Shown here one piece after another: positions 1 through 14,100 of a stretch of DNA of 64,000 nucleotides. The DNA is from Trichosphaerium sp. ATCC 40318. Lineage: Eukaryota > Protista > Tubulinea. The notes beneath the pieces were generated by a model, which did not search any database, was not told the DNA's origin, and saw only the letters and a list, made by a program, of their open reading frames with translations. The translations under genes were made by a program, and so were the position numbers. The DNA is taken from positions 1 through 64,000 of the forward strand of contig JALMLS010000149.1 in assembly GCA_038496445.1 (NCBI GenBank). Reading direction: 5' to 3'. Within the stretch, counting starts at the first letter, position 1. Every line of letters begins with the position of its first letter.

Positions 1-15
1 GTACGAAAACACTGA

Positions 16-485
<470 letters not shown>

Positions 486-630
486 AACGTGTATAAAATT
501 GTAAAATATAAACTGACAAGACCAATAACGAAGGGCTTTGTTTCCTATTTTTTAAAGTGAAAGGCAAGTGTTTCAACAATCGAGACACGTTTAATAATCA
601 CATAAGTGCTTGAGCTAATTTTGTTTATTT

Positions 631-3477
631 TCATTCCACCATCAGTGCTGATACTTTAGCGTTGGGATTTATGATTGATTTCTTGCGGTTTTGCCTGCTA
701 TGAGGGAATAAGAATTTTGGTTGCCAAACTAAAGCAATGACAATAATCAACACAACAAGAAGCAGTATAACACCTCCTACAGATCCTCCAATTATATATA
801 CAAATTTATTGGAACCTGTGGAGTCTTGGCAGCTCTCAGGTGTAGAAAACGCTACTAAAATTGATGATCCTAAAGAAGAGAAATAAGTTAGTTTTGGCAA
901 ACACTTGTTTTTTTGGAATTGAGTATTTATCAAAGAAAAATAAAAGGTCACGTACCAACCACATCAAGTTCAGGTTTATTACAAGGATCATCGCCTGTGA
1001 CGTTTATATTCTCTACATTTGGAGTGCATGTATCAGGAAATTCGAGAAGAGTAAAATTGGTGTTTTCTGTAAAGTTATCTTTGAAGTTATCAAAACTCAC
1101 AAGGAAAGATCCTTTTTCAAAAAACAAGTGAGTAAGTTGCCATAGTAAGTAGTATTTAGGTTTACCTTGTAACAAAGCACAACTATTTGTAAACACGTAT
1201 ATTGTAGAACCATTAAATGAAAGTATTGCATCATTGTCAACAATGATAGTTCCTAAAACCAAGGATTAATATTCAACAAACGATAAATATTTAATAGCGA
1301 GAAATAAAAGTTCCCATGGATTTCAAGGTACCATTAACTGTTTGGTCCGTTGGTCTAAATCTTTTCTCAATATCAAACGAACCAACTTTAATACATGTGT
1401 CGTTATGTACAACATTGAAGCACTCTCTGTAAAGACCTGCAAGACATTAATAGCCACAAGCTAGAACGCCGAAAAGAACTATACCTAGCGTTGTATTACT
1501 CTCTCTACGTATGTTGCCTTCATAATCTGTTTGTTCAATAACACTTATCCCAAAATATAGTAAAGGTGATGACAGACGAAGTCTTGTACTCATCGGATCA
1601 TCTGTGATTTCAGTTTTAAATTTTGAATCAACATTAAAGTTGCCTCTAAGTTCAAATGCATAGTTGGCTGTGCCTTCCTTGTGAAAGTTATTATGACTCA
1701 TTTCGTTACTACAATTACGAAGATACATCATCTCTTGATTTGGATTCACAGTTCCCCTAACGTATGTTAAGACGAAATACGGTAAGACAAACAAGACAAT
1801 ATTGAATTGAATATTAAGAGTTTGTGGTGTACCCTGATAAGATGTTATTTCGTATTTCAACACATGTAGCGAACCCAGGGAATAGACCATTATGGCCGTA
1901 GATGTTGTGGAATACATTATAATAAAATCCGCCTCCAACAGGCTTCAGATGTTGATTCGTGATATTGGCTATATTTATAAAAAGATTGTTTGATACTGTT
2001 AAATCACTTGTGAATAAACGGATACACTCCATAGCATCAAAACACAGTTGTAAAATACCATTGTGTCCTCCAAGAAAAACGTTTCTAACAATATGTTAAT
2101 ACGAGGCAGAACAGGCAAAAAACAATGATTACAAGTTTAAACATAAAGACTTTTTACCTGGTTATGTGTATATCAGCAGTATCATTCCTTAGCACGAAGT
2201 GATCAATATTGTTAATTAATCTACTATCTTGTACGAACTAAGATAAGTTAAGTGTCAAAAAGGAAAATTAAGGAATTTGGCCTTATTATCTGAATTTGAA
2301 GTGTCAAAATGTGACACATTGCAAAATGTTGATATAGGCGTGTTGATCAATAAACTCAGCGTGGTAAAATAATACAAACAGTCTGCTGTATACAGGCGAA
2401 TGATAGATGTAAATACCAATGTTACGTACTACTGAAGAGGAGTTCTTAAGCCAAATGCCATAGGTACCATTACAAACAGTTATGTTTCTTATTGTTGTCC
2501 TGATGTTTTCTTTGAATAGTTTAATGCCTAATATGACATTTAAGTACTTAATATACTGAGTACTTTGCTGTACCTCCATAGTTGCTTATTCCAAAATTGT
2601 TCCGATCTAGAAATAAATTAGCAACAGTTACTTATTGGGTCGTTAATTACTCACCCCTGCCTGGTACTATATCTAAATCTTCTAAGGTAATATTTACGGA
2701 ACCAGTCGCTATTTGTACACAAATTCCTCCACAATCGAGCAATTTTGCTTTAGAGAATATCACATCTGTACAAACATCACAACCAAATCCCTTCGCTTTA
2801 AAAACAAAATTAGACAAGCCAATATGACAATTAAAACCCTCAAGAAAACAATCACAAAATGGGACATTTTACGTTGCAAACGGCTTTGGTGTGGAGTAAA
2901 AAAACCCGAGGGGTGTACCTATCAGCGCCAACATTGATGCCTTCGAATGTTACATGCTTGATCTGCACAAAAGGTAGTGCTGCCCAGAACCAAATATTTT
3001 TTTCGTTGTACTCTGTTTCGTTAATACTGCAACCATCTTCAAGCTCAATAAAGAACCAGGGCTCTTCGCCTAAACGTCGTACCATTAGTCACAATTCAAA
3101 GAAAAACCTCTTTGAAGCTTACCTGGTTTGTTTTTAATGATGATGTGATTTCCAGGTGAACCTTCTAGGCCTATTACCACTAACGGGTGGGTTGTCAAGT
3201 TGGTGTAATTGCATTTGAAATAAGTGGTGTAGTTGCCACCAGATACAAGTACAGTATCACCTCCTGTTAATCCGCTTAGTGAATTGAACTTTCCTGCTGC
3301 TCTTGTCATGTATTAGCAAGTATTGAGGAAATGAATTCATATTGATCAATACGCTACGTACAGTTCTTCTGTGGTACCATTGCCTGTACCGTTTGGTCTC
3401 ATGTAGTAGACATTGCATTCACAGCCTACAATAGTCGCTACAATGATGATATACACTAGAGAGGATATACGAAGCAT
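631..3477 (-). CDS. Type I membrane protein with right-handed parallel beta-helix (pectin-lyase-like) ectodomain, paralogue 1
   Basis: Signal peptide MLRISSLVYIIIVATIVGCEC; VYYMRPNGTGNGT, GGDTVLVSGGNY and GSPGNHIIIKN (N-cap typical of PL9/chondroitinase-B-like beta-helices); Asn/Ile-rich repeats; TM IIGGSVGGVILLLVVLIIVIALV; short tail. Multi-exon. Confidence 0.75.
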
Positions 3478-4454
3478 TTTTGAGCGTAGACACGCTTCTT
3501 CGTTTGTGACTTGTCCGATTTTCTTATTTGTTTTCAAAATTATTACGAACTTCTGATTCAGCGATATATGTGCTTGTACGTTCGTGGTAACAAGTTTTGG
3601 TGATATAATACTATTCCGAACGTTCAATGCATACAATACTATTTTGCACGGTTATGATAAGGGTTTGTGAATTGGTCAAACAAGGTACCACACGATCATT
3701 TTCATTTTCAGCAAATTTCCGTACGCTAGCATATCGTATACGCTAAATGACTTTGTAGTACTAAAAATGGGCGCATTTGGAGGGGATAGCAATGGATACA
3801 TTGACTTATGAGGTTGGGGGTTGTTGCATAATGTACTTTTGTTTAATACTGGTTTTTTGTTTGTGATAAGAACTTTTGTAAAGAATACCTTACGCACACA
3901 GACAACTATAAAGCAAACTCTAACTAAAAAGAAAAGTAAGGACAAGAGCACAAAATTTTTACGACATTTTAATCAGAAAAGTACAAACGTCATGTGCTAC
4001 GGCGAAGGTAGTAAACCCATACTAGCAAAAATGAAAATCCTAGTTTTTATTCATGGATGAAAAACAAGGCGGTACAAATTCTTACACACTCTAAATAAAC
4101 CTTAACAGGACAATAGCGTGCAATCGTTACAAAATTGTACCATTACTACAAGCTCCTGCAACGTCCCTGTTAATATTCATGAATATTAGTGGGCCAAGTC
4201 ACAATATCATGTAAACAATGAACATACTTCACTACCTCGCACCTTATCCTCATGACACTGACTTTCCTTAAGGCGTACCTGTTGGAGAACATACAAGGTA
4301 CTAAACAGGTGTTGTTGAGCTTAAAGTTAAAATGTAGCGTTATTCTTGATTTGCGATAGAGATTTATTTGGTTTGTTATCACCGGTGAGCAGTGTCTGCC
4401 GTCACTTACATTAGTTTATTAATGTACATACTTTATTATCCAGTATCCTTACGT

Positions 4455-7260
4455 TTAACGTGCTACAGCGACATTGGCATTTGGAGCTATAACTCTATTC
4501 TCACTTTTCGCTTTTGAACACATCTTCCAAACTACAACAACAAAAACAATCACCACAAGAACTAACAGTGCTCCAACTATTCCTGCTATTACGAATATCT
4601 CTATATCTTTCGCAGCCTCGTCTTGACATGTTTTTGGTACCAAAACTAGTACAACCGAAGAACCTAGCACACAAGTTAGTTAAGTTGTACAAAAAAAACT
4701 GAAATAAATGACTTACCAAATACAGCAAGACTTGTTTCACTACAAGGATCATCGCCTGCCACTGTGATATTCTCAATACTTATATTGCACGTATCTGGAA
4801 ATTCAAGAAGAGTATAGTTTGAGTTTACTGTTACGTTATCCAAGCTAACTTGAATTGTTCCTTGTTTCAAGCAAAAGTTAACAGATTGAAAGCATTGATC
4901 AATTGATACCTTGTAAAGAAACACAGCTGTTGGTAAACACGTGTATTGCAGAACCATTAAATGAAAGTGTTGCATCATTGTTAACAATGATAGTCCCTAA
5001 ACAAAGGTATATTCCACTGGACTCGCCTTTCCCAAGTACCACTAATAACTGCTCCGTCTATTGGTTGAACTCTTCTCTCAAGGTCGAATGAACCTACTTT
5101 GATACATGCGTCATTCTGCCCAACATTAAAACACTCTCTAAAAAGACCTATGATATAAAATCAGCGTGGCTCTAAGTCAATGTAAAAAGAAGTAAATACC
5201 TAATGTTGTGCTATTTTCTCTACGTGCGTCGCCTTTGTAATCTGTTTGTTCAACAACCCTTACACCAGAATACAGTAAAGGTGATGACAGACGAAGTCGT
5301 GTACTCATCGGATCATCTGTGATTTCAGTTTTAAATTTTGAATCAACATTAAAGTTGCCTCCAAGTTCAAATGCATAGTCGGCTGTGCCTTCCGTGTGAA
5401 AGTTATTATGACTCATTTCGTCACTACAATTACGAAGATACATCAACTCTTGACTTGGATTCACAGTTCCTCTATTGTTTAAAATGTAAGTGATGCTATT
5501 GAACAACAAGAAATGTTACCCTGATAAGATATTGTTTCTTATTTCAACACATGTAGAAAACCCAGGGAATAGACCATTGTGGCCGTAGATGTTGTGGAAT
5601 ACATTGTAATAAAATCCACCTCCAACAGGCTTCAGATGTTGATTCGTGATATTGGCTATGTTTATAAAAAGATTGTTTGAGAGTTGCATATTCTCTGTGA
5701 TAAAAAGAGAACACTCCAGTTCCCAAGCATCACAATATTCTAGTATGGCATAGTTCCCATCAGAAAATACGTTTCTACAATCATTTAGAAATACAACAAT
5801 GAGCCTTAAAACGGTTTAATATACCTGCTTATTTGCGTGTTGGTAGTACCATTCCGAAAGATGATGTGATCAGTGTTGTTAATGAATGTACTATCCTGTA
5901 TAACCTAATAGCAAAACAGTTACGCCTAATAGATAAGGGCCTTAAAATGGAACACAAGAAAGGTCCAGTGAAAGATTGACAACTTCACTTCAACCATTGG
6001 CTAAAAACTATAGTTTAAATACACAATACTACTTACGGTTGAATAAGAGTCGGTAAGCCAAATGCCGTAATCGCTGTTATAAATAGTTACATTTCTTATT
6101 ATGGTTCCGATGCAATTCTTGAAAGCCTTGATGCCTAGCAACCTTTTAATCCTTATTTTTTGATACACTACATAAAATATACATGTGTAACTAAGCTAAT
6201 GTACCTCCAAAGTCTCCTTCAAAAATCCCTAGAGCTAAAAAAAGTAAGTTTTCACGTGCTACTTAAAAAAATTTTGGTTTCAGGTACTCACGTCTTCCCG
6301 TTGTTATATTTAGCTCCTGTAGCGTTATATTAACGGAGTTGAATATTTGAATACACTGTCCACCACAATCAACCATTTTTGCTTTGGAAAATACCACATC
6401 AGTACATCTATCACATCCGAAACCTCGAGCTTAAAATTACAAGTAAGACCACAAATGTAATTAAACCTAATTGATAAGGTCTCATGATAACGTACATATA
6501 CCGCCACCAACGTTTATACCTTCGAATGTCACATGTGAAATGTCACCAAAAGGTAATGCTGCCCAGTACCAAATATTCCTATCGCTGTAGTCTTGTAAAC
6601 CATTTATAACACAACCAGGTTCAAACTCCATAAAAAACCAAGGTTCTTCACCTAAAAACGATATCGTCAATCAGCGCTTGCACAAAACAATTGATAAACA
6701 CCATTAAGAACTAAAATGATAGCGGATAAACGAAAAAACAAGCCTCCAAATCCATTATTGGCGAATTCGTCCTTTTTTAGGCAAAGTACAAATTGGAGCC
6801 ATAACGCATAGATAGGTATAGGCGAACAGAAACGCTCGGTAAAGTAAATTTGGTTGCACTTACCTGGTTTGTTTTTAATGATGATGTGGTCATCTGGGTA
6901 CCCGTTTAAATCGCCTGTAGCCAAAAAATTACCCGTGGTTGCATCATACTCGCATTTATAAAAAGTGGTGTAATTGCCACCAGATACAAGTATAGTATCA
7001 CCTCCTTTTAATTCGTTTATTGAATTGAACTTTCCATTGATTGCTTTAAATCGCCCTGCAGCTCTTTGAATGATTAGAGAGTTTTGAGGAGTTTAACATA
7101 ACACAAGCTTTCACAAGCGTAAAAATACGTACAATTCTTCCGTTGTACCATTGCCAGTACCATTAGGTCTCATGTAGTAGACCTTGCATTCACAACGTAT
7201 AATAGTCGCTACAATGATAATATACACAAGGGAGGATACTTGCGTTACGTTCAAAGTCAT
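4455..7260 (-). CDS. Beta-helix type I membrane protein, paralogue 2
   Basis: Same exon structure and motifs (VYYMRPNGTGNGTTEE, GGDTILVSGGNY, GEEPWFF, NNFHTEGTADYAFELGGNF); C-terminal TM. Confidence 0.75.
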
Positions 7261-7640
7261 TCGAGGGTAAGATAATCGCAAATTGGTGGTTTGTGAGCAA
7301 ACTAAGAGTAAAGAAGTTCGTTACCCGAAAATAGTGAAATTTCTGTCCTAATGTAGTGCAAGGCTAAGTATTATCTGATTACTACCTCGTAATGTGTACT
7401 TAAACAAATAATAATATAGTATTTGGGTACAGGAAGTTATACCGTGTACTTCCATACGAATAAACCAAAAATCGTATTGCAAAGGAAAAAAACAGTAAAC
7501 ATGTTACACGAGAACAAAAACAAACTTTTGTAACTTGACATTTCGGTTGTTTTACTAATTGCTATTTATTCTTTGGAGTGGTGAACACAATACAGCCATA
7601 CAACGTAGTAGTTTATTCTATAGCTTTAGATACTTTTGTA

Positions 7641-10373
7641 TTAGGCACTATAACTCTTATGTCTATTTCCCCGACTATGCGGAAATAAATATTTTGGCTG
7701 CAAAATCAAGGCAATGATGATAATCATTACAACAAGAAGTAGTATAACACCCCCTACTGACCCTCCAATTATGTACATGGTAGAGTCTTCGCTTTTTTCC
7801 TCAAGACTTGATGAATCTTGACAGCCGTTTGGCGTTGTAAAAACAAGAATAATCTTTGAACCTAAAAAACTGTAATCAAGAAAAAAATGCGAAAAAAAAA
7901 ACCATTGCTGTTTTTTGTACCTATGACATTAAGAGTTGGGTCATTGCAAGGATCATCACCTGTGACTGTAATATTATCTACACTTGGATTGCATATCTCA
8001 GGCAATTCAAAAAGAGTGTAGTTTGAGTTTTCTGTAATGTTCTCTGAACTCACTTGTATCGTTCCTTTAAAGTACAGTTAAAAATGGGAAGTCATATAAG
8101 GGTGTTTACCTTGTAATGAAACGCAACTGTTTGTAAACACATACACAACGGAACCATTTAATGAAAGCGTTACATCGTTATTGACGATGATAGTCCCTAA
8201 ACAAAGGTTTATTACACTGGGCTCTTTACTTGCTCGCCTTTCCCAAGTACCATTAATAACAGCTCCATCAATTGGTCTAAATCGATTCTCAAAGTCAATT
8301 GAACAAATTTTAACACATGCGCCATTCTGTGTAATAGTAAAACACTCTCTGTAAAGACCTGTAAACAATTAGACAATGAAATATTCCTTGATATACGTTG
8401 AAAAGAACCATACCTAGCGTTGTATTACTCTCTCTACGTGTATTACCTTCATAATCTGTTTGTTCAATAACACTTACACCAGAATACAGTAAAGGTGATG
8501 ATGATGTATCAAGTCGTGTACTCATCGGATCATCTGTGATTTCAGTTTTAAATTTTGAATCAACATTAAAGTTGCCTCCAAGTTCAAATGCGTAGTCGGC
8601 TGTGCCTTCCTTGTGAAAGTTATTATGACTCATTTGGTTACTACAATTACGAAGATACACCAACTCTTGACTTGGATTCACAGTTCCTCTATTGTTTAAA
8701 ATGTAAGTGATGTTATTGAACAACAAGAAGTGTTACCCTGACAAGATATTGTTTCGTATTTCAACACATGTAGTGAACCCAGGGAATTGACTAGCTTGAT
8801 GGATGTTGTGGAATACATTGTAATAAAATCCACCTCCAACAGGCTGTAGCTTTTGATTTGTGACATTGGCTATGTCTATAAAAAGGTTGTTGGAGACTTT
8901 AATGGTCGCTGCAATATTAGGCTTATTCACATCCTCACAAGCACCATCTTCATCAGATTGATGAATTGCATAGTTACCACGAGACAAGATATTCCTACAG
9001 TCAGACGTTATAACAATTAAACTAAAACTAGAAGATGTAGAACACATTATCTTTTGTAGTCTAACAAACGTCAAGCCAGCATGTACCTCCGTATTATTGT
9101 ATCAGTGTTGTTACATCGCAAACTGATATGATTGGAGTTGTTAATGAGCCTGTTGTCCTCTATAATCTATAATATAATCGTTAATATCCAGAAAGTGGAG
9201 TATTCTTCAAATTGATAACTTCGCGGTACGTAATCCGTAAAAAAGTTGCAATTCTGTGAAAGAAAAGTGTCAAATGACGTGTCATGTGTCACATTTTCAA
9301 TACTTTTTAAAGAGTCATATCATTAATTTCTTGCTCTTAAAGTTGTCAACGTACAGTTGAATTGATTGAAGTAAGCCAAATGCCGTGTGTAGTGTATGAA
9401 ATGTTTAAATGTCGTAGTATTATACCACGAGAATTTTTATAAACCTTGACACCTAACAACTGTATTAATGTATACTGATTCTATAGGACTATCGTACCTC
9501 CATAGTTTTCTCCTGTTACTGCAGAGACATCTTTTAAAAAACAAGGTGTTAAACCACATGCAGTTGCAAATTACTTTGTCTTATGTATTCCAATGTACCT
9601 TCTCTTGGTGATATATCCAAGTTCTCTATTGTAACATCAATACTTGCTGCTAAATGGACACATTGCACATCACAATCACGCATTTTTGCATTAGAGAATA
9701 TCACATCAGTACAAGAATCACAGCTGAATCCCCGAGCTTAAAGGAGTTAACTTGACGAAAATGCAATGCGAAACTTATCAGCGTACATATACTAGAACCA
9801 ACGTTGATACCATCAAATGTAACATGCTTAATGTTCGTAAACTGTAGTGTACCCCAAAACCAAATACCTAAGCGACCGTAATCTCGGTCTTTAGTTAGTG
9901 TGCAACCTTGCGCAAAATCAAGAAAAAACCACGGTTGTTCGCCTAAAAATCAAATGTCACAACAGTTGGGTTTCCATGAAAAATTGTGCTCCAGACATTT
10001 TTGTGGTCACCTTCTTTGTTTTTAATTGTGATGTGGTTCCCAGGTGAGCCCTCCATTTTACCTACAATGGGCGGGTCTATAGATCCTCCTGAGCATTTGT
10101 ACTGTAATGTGTAATTACCGCCGGAAACGATAATTGTATCACCTCCTTTTAATAACGTTGCTTCAATTTCTGTGAAGGCGTTTGCAGCGCTAGTTCAATT
10201 GATTAGGATACGCTTAGATTCCCAAATAGTGAAGATATCTTGTTCGTAAATACTCACGATTGTTCTGTGGTACCGTCACCAGTTCCATTAGGTCTCATAT
10301 AGTAGACCTTGCATTCACAGCCTACAATAGTCGCTAAAATAATCACATACGCTAAAGAGGGCGTCTGAAACAT
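7641..10373 (-). CDS. Beta-helix type I membrane protein, paralogue 3 (frameshifted cytoplasmic tail)
   Basis: Same exons and motifs. The tail reads ...HSRGNRHKSYSA*, while the paralogue-like tail (IRVIVPNTKVSKAIE*, stop at 7613) lies in another frame. Confidence 0.72.
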
Positions 10374-11145
10374 TCGTAACACTACTTCTTGACGTATTTC
10401 CGACTATGATTTCTTTTGACTAATGAGGAAAGCCCAAAGTAGTTTCCCAAACTGAGGCTTGTGTGGTACTATATATGTAAAGAGAAGGGCGCTTGAATAA
10501 CATAAAACATAGTCAAATAAAACAAACAAACTAACAAAGCCCAAAGTAGTTGCAATATGAGAATATTGGCGAAACTAAGGTTTTCAGCTTTATATCTTAA
10601 TCAGTCATTCTTCCTAAAGTGGCAGTAAACAAAATCAGAGCCGTATCCCAGAGTCCATGTACTAGCAATATAGAACGTCCTACATTCTTTATTGGTTTGG
10701 AGTGTGTAAGCTTGGTGGGACTGCACTAATGTATTTTGGTTTTTTTTGTACTAGCGGATTCAGACAACTTTAATGCAATATTGTACAGTTCACACAAACT
10801 ACCTAGGGAATTTTCGTGAGCTTGTCCAGAAAAGCTTGTCTGATGTGATCTTTTCGCTACTGCCCTAGAGATTTTTGCGATATTATTCGACGAGTTACCA
10901 GGAAGCGATACTTGCTGTTAAAGGGGAATTTCCTTTTTTGAAACCTCTAAAAAATATTGTAACACCATTTCCTACGCTTGTTTATTGCAGCAAGGCAACT
11001 AACAGCGCTGTTAGACCAAAAAACAGTACTCAAAAAGGAGAGTTTTTATCTACACAATTGCACGAAGTTATGCCAGGTTAATACAAAAATAACATCTGGT
11101 TTACAAGTTGATAATTTCTTTGATGTTTTATTGTTGTACAAATTG

Positions 11146-14100
11146 TTATGTTGAATGTTTTAATGATTCGCTTGGTGTGAACTGTAAGCTATCTCCTACT
11201 GTAGAGCTACCCATTGTCCAAGATAACATTACAGCAGCAAGTCTTTGTAAGTAGTAAACAGGCTTTGGATAACCCATTCTTATTCGAACCAAGCTACTCG
11301 TCAAATGAGGCTTAATCTCTGCAATATGGAAAACTTCTGGTCCGCTTTTACCCATAACTAATACTATATGATGTAGTAATTGCATAGTTTCACTTATAAC
11401 CATCATACTATTAAAAGAACAAAGTTAGAGACAAACTTTGTACAAAAAAAAAAGAAGAAGAAAAAAAAAGAGACAAAGAGTTTGTACCATTCTGTTGCAT
11501 TTGTTGGATCTTCAGGATCGTCTGGATTATACATTTGAAGATGAGTATGTATACATATTACAATACGAAACAAAAGTTCCTTAGTTTCCTAGATAGGTTC
11601 GTGTGAATAAAAGTTATTCAGGATTTTTGACCTTAAGCTACCTTAAATTTACTGTCCTCATTCGTAATATCTTCAGAGCTCTTTATAACTTCCATTGATG
11701 ATGTAGATGGTGTAGATCCTGATTTAGCTGTTCTGAACAATTTCGAAAACTCTGTAGTGCAATTTACAGCAATATGTGTAAAAAGACGCACAACCTTTAA
11801 ACAAACTCTTAGTACAATTTTTCTTTTAATCTTCGCCTAAAACTGTACCTTCAACCTGAGCCAACGGACTTCAGAAGGACTGCCGGACGTGAAAGAATGA
11901 AAAAAAAACCCTGCACGCTGAAGAGGCACCGCACTACTAAACAAAAAAAAGTGAGTTTGTGCACATACAGCTGGTTGAGATCAAAAACAAAAAAATCAAG
12001 AAATTATGCTGGAAGAACTAACCCTTTTAACGGCTCGGAACAAAGTTGTAGGAATACTTTGAACCGTATAAGTGATCGTATGAAATCAATAACAGCAATT
12101 TTTAGTCTAACACATCCAGCTTTACGTGTTAGATTGAACATTACTGCATCTCCTCCATCAATAGATGTAAATAGTGGTAGAAATCTGAGAAAAATAAAGT
12201 CAGCATCATTCAACTCGTAATGCAAATGTAAGCGTACATTGATGCTTCCTCTTCAGTGGTACAATCAGCTATCAATGAGCTAAATATTGATACAACCTCA
12301 GATAATGAATCTCTAACAAAGAATTTCAGTTATAACACGTGTTAAGCTATGTTAACATTCGATAAAATAAAAAAATTACTCACTCGTGAGGTAAGAATCG
12401 TTGTGTTTGTTGAACAAGATCCACCAAAAAATTAGATGTCTGAAGAATCTTGTAACCTGCATCAGGTGGTTCTACAACAAGCTCTGCCGTTGCCTTAAAG
12501 AAATCAGGAAAGGAGAAAAAAAAGCAAAAACAAATATCCGTACAACAAGGTTATCTGTTAAAATCCTCGCGTTCCGACACATTGGATGTGGCTTGAATGG
12601 AGCTGCCATATTCTCTGGACTTGCTAAGGGTTCTAATGACGGCTTTGACGGGATCTTGATACAGAAAAGTGAGCTATAAAAGAAAAGAATAGGCCTTATT
12701 CATTTTACCTTATTTAACAAAAACGAGCGGCATCCACAACTCGCTGCTGTTATTGACTTAACAAACGACAAACAACAAGCAACTAACTTGCTATCATCGT
12801 CCATAACAGCTTTAAATATAACTGGTTCTAGTGTAGACACTATATGCCATAAGGGAGCGTTACCAGATGCAATAAGAGCTAAAGAGAAGTCTTAGCCAAA
12901 AAAGTAGAAAAGTTGGAAAAAAAACTTTACACATTGTATGGGCAAAAGAAAGTCTTGTTTTTCTCCACTTCTCTCCGTTCAAGCACTCAAAAACTTTCTT
13001 CTGTTGTATTACAGCATGCTTACATCCCAAATCCTTGTAGACTCTTGACTTACCTACAAAACAACAAAGGTAAGCCAAGGACAAAAAAAAAACTGTTCAC
13101 AGTTTTCTTTCTTTTCTCCCGTACCGGAGAGCGGCGCAAACTTTATTCGCGATACTGGCTTTGTGATTGACAGCTTAGATACGCCACCAGGAGATTGTAA
13201 TTTGTTCGTTTTTTGGGCTTTAGGTGGCGGTGCAGAATGACTAAGAGGACTGTCTTGTCTTTTTCTTTTTGATGATAAACTAGTATAAGAAGGTATGGAT
13301 GAACTTTGACTTTGTTGGCTTTGCTGCCGTTTCAGGCTTGGCATTTTTGCTTTTAATTGCTCGAATTGCCTTCTAATCTCATCTCTATCAGCTTGTGATG
13401 TTTTAACTTCACGGTTCTAAGAGATCAAAGTCAGAAGTTGTTGGTTTTTTAAAAAAATGGTTTGGGTTTTTTTGGTGTACCTTGAAAGTCATCTCAGAAG
13501 TAAGACTCTGTATCCTCTTCTGTAAAGCTTCATTTTGTCTTTTACTACGCTCAACAAGCATTTTATGTTCGCTCTCAGATGTCCTTAGAGTATTTTTAAG
13601 ATCACGTTCCTTCTTTTCATTCGCTTGTTTCAACTGTTCCTCTCTTCTTGAAAGCTTTGAAAAATTATCAACGAGTTTTTACCGTTGTTAAGCCTTACCT
13701 CTTGTTTTATTTGTTGCAGTTTTTTTACTTCTTGGTCTCTCTCAGTTAACTTCTTTTGATAATTCGAAAGTTCTTCGTTTTTCTAAGCTTCGTTAACAAC
13801 AACAAACAAAAAAGAAAAATGTCATAAGAAAAAAACGAAAAAGAACTGATAGTACAATCAATAACTAGTATGTACCTTTATCATTGCTTCTTTAAGAGCC
13901 TTCAATTCATCTTCAGCATTTTTATTATAAGGCGGAACCTTTGATGATGTAGCATAGCTAACTAAAAGAAATTTTTAATCTCAAGAAAATGACAAACAAG
14001 GTTAACCTTTGGCGGCATTGACATGTTTGGATTGGGCAACATTGTTTGTCTTGTTACCTCCAAAATTTGTATTTTTCACTGGAGTCGTATTAGTCATTTT

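Noticed and set aside
3990-4260. KILVFIHG-TGA resembling a hydrolase motif or TGA=Trp recoding
   Set aside because: Other genes end in TGA and downstream frames close quickly; at most a relic.
10597-10870. Apparent extra exons for the ATRIP-like gene
   Set aside because: An in-frame stop at 11146 followed by AATAAA ends the gene earlier.
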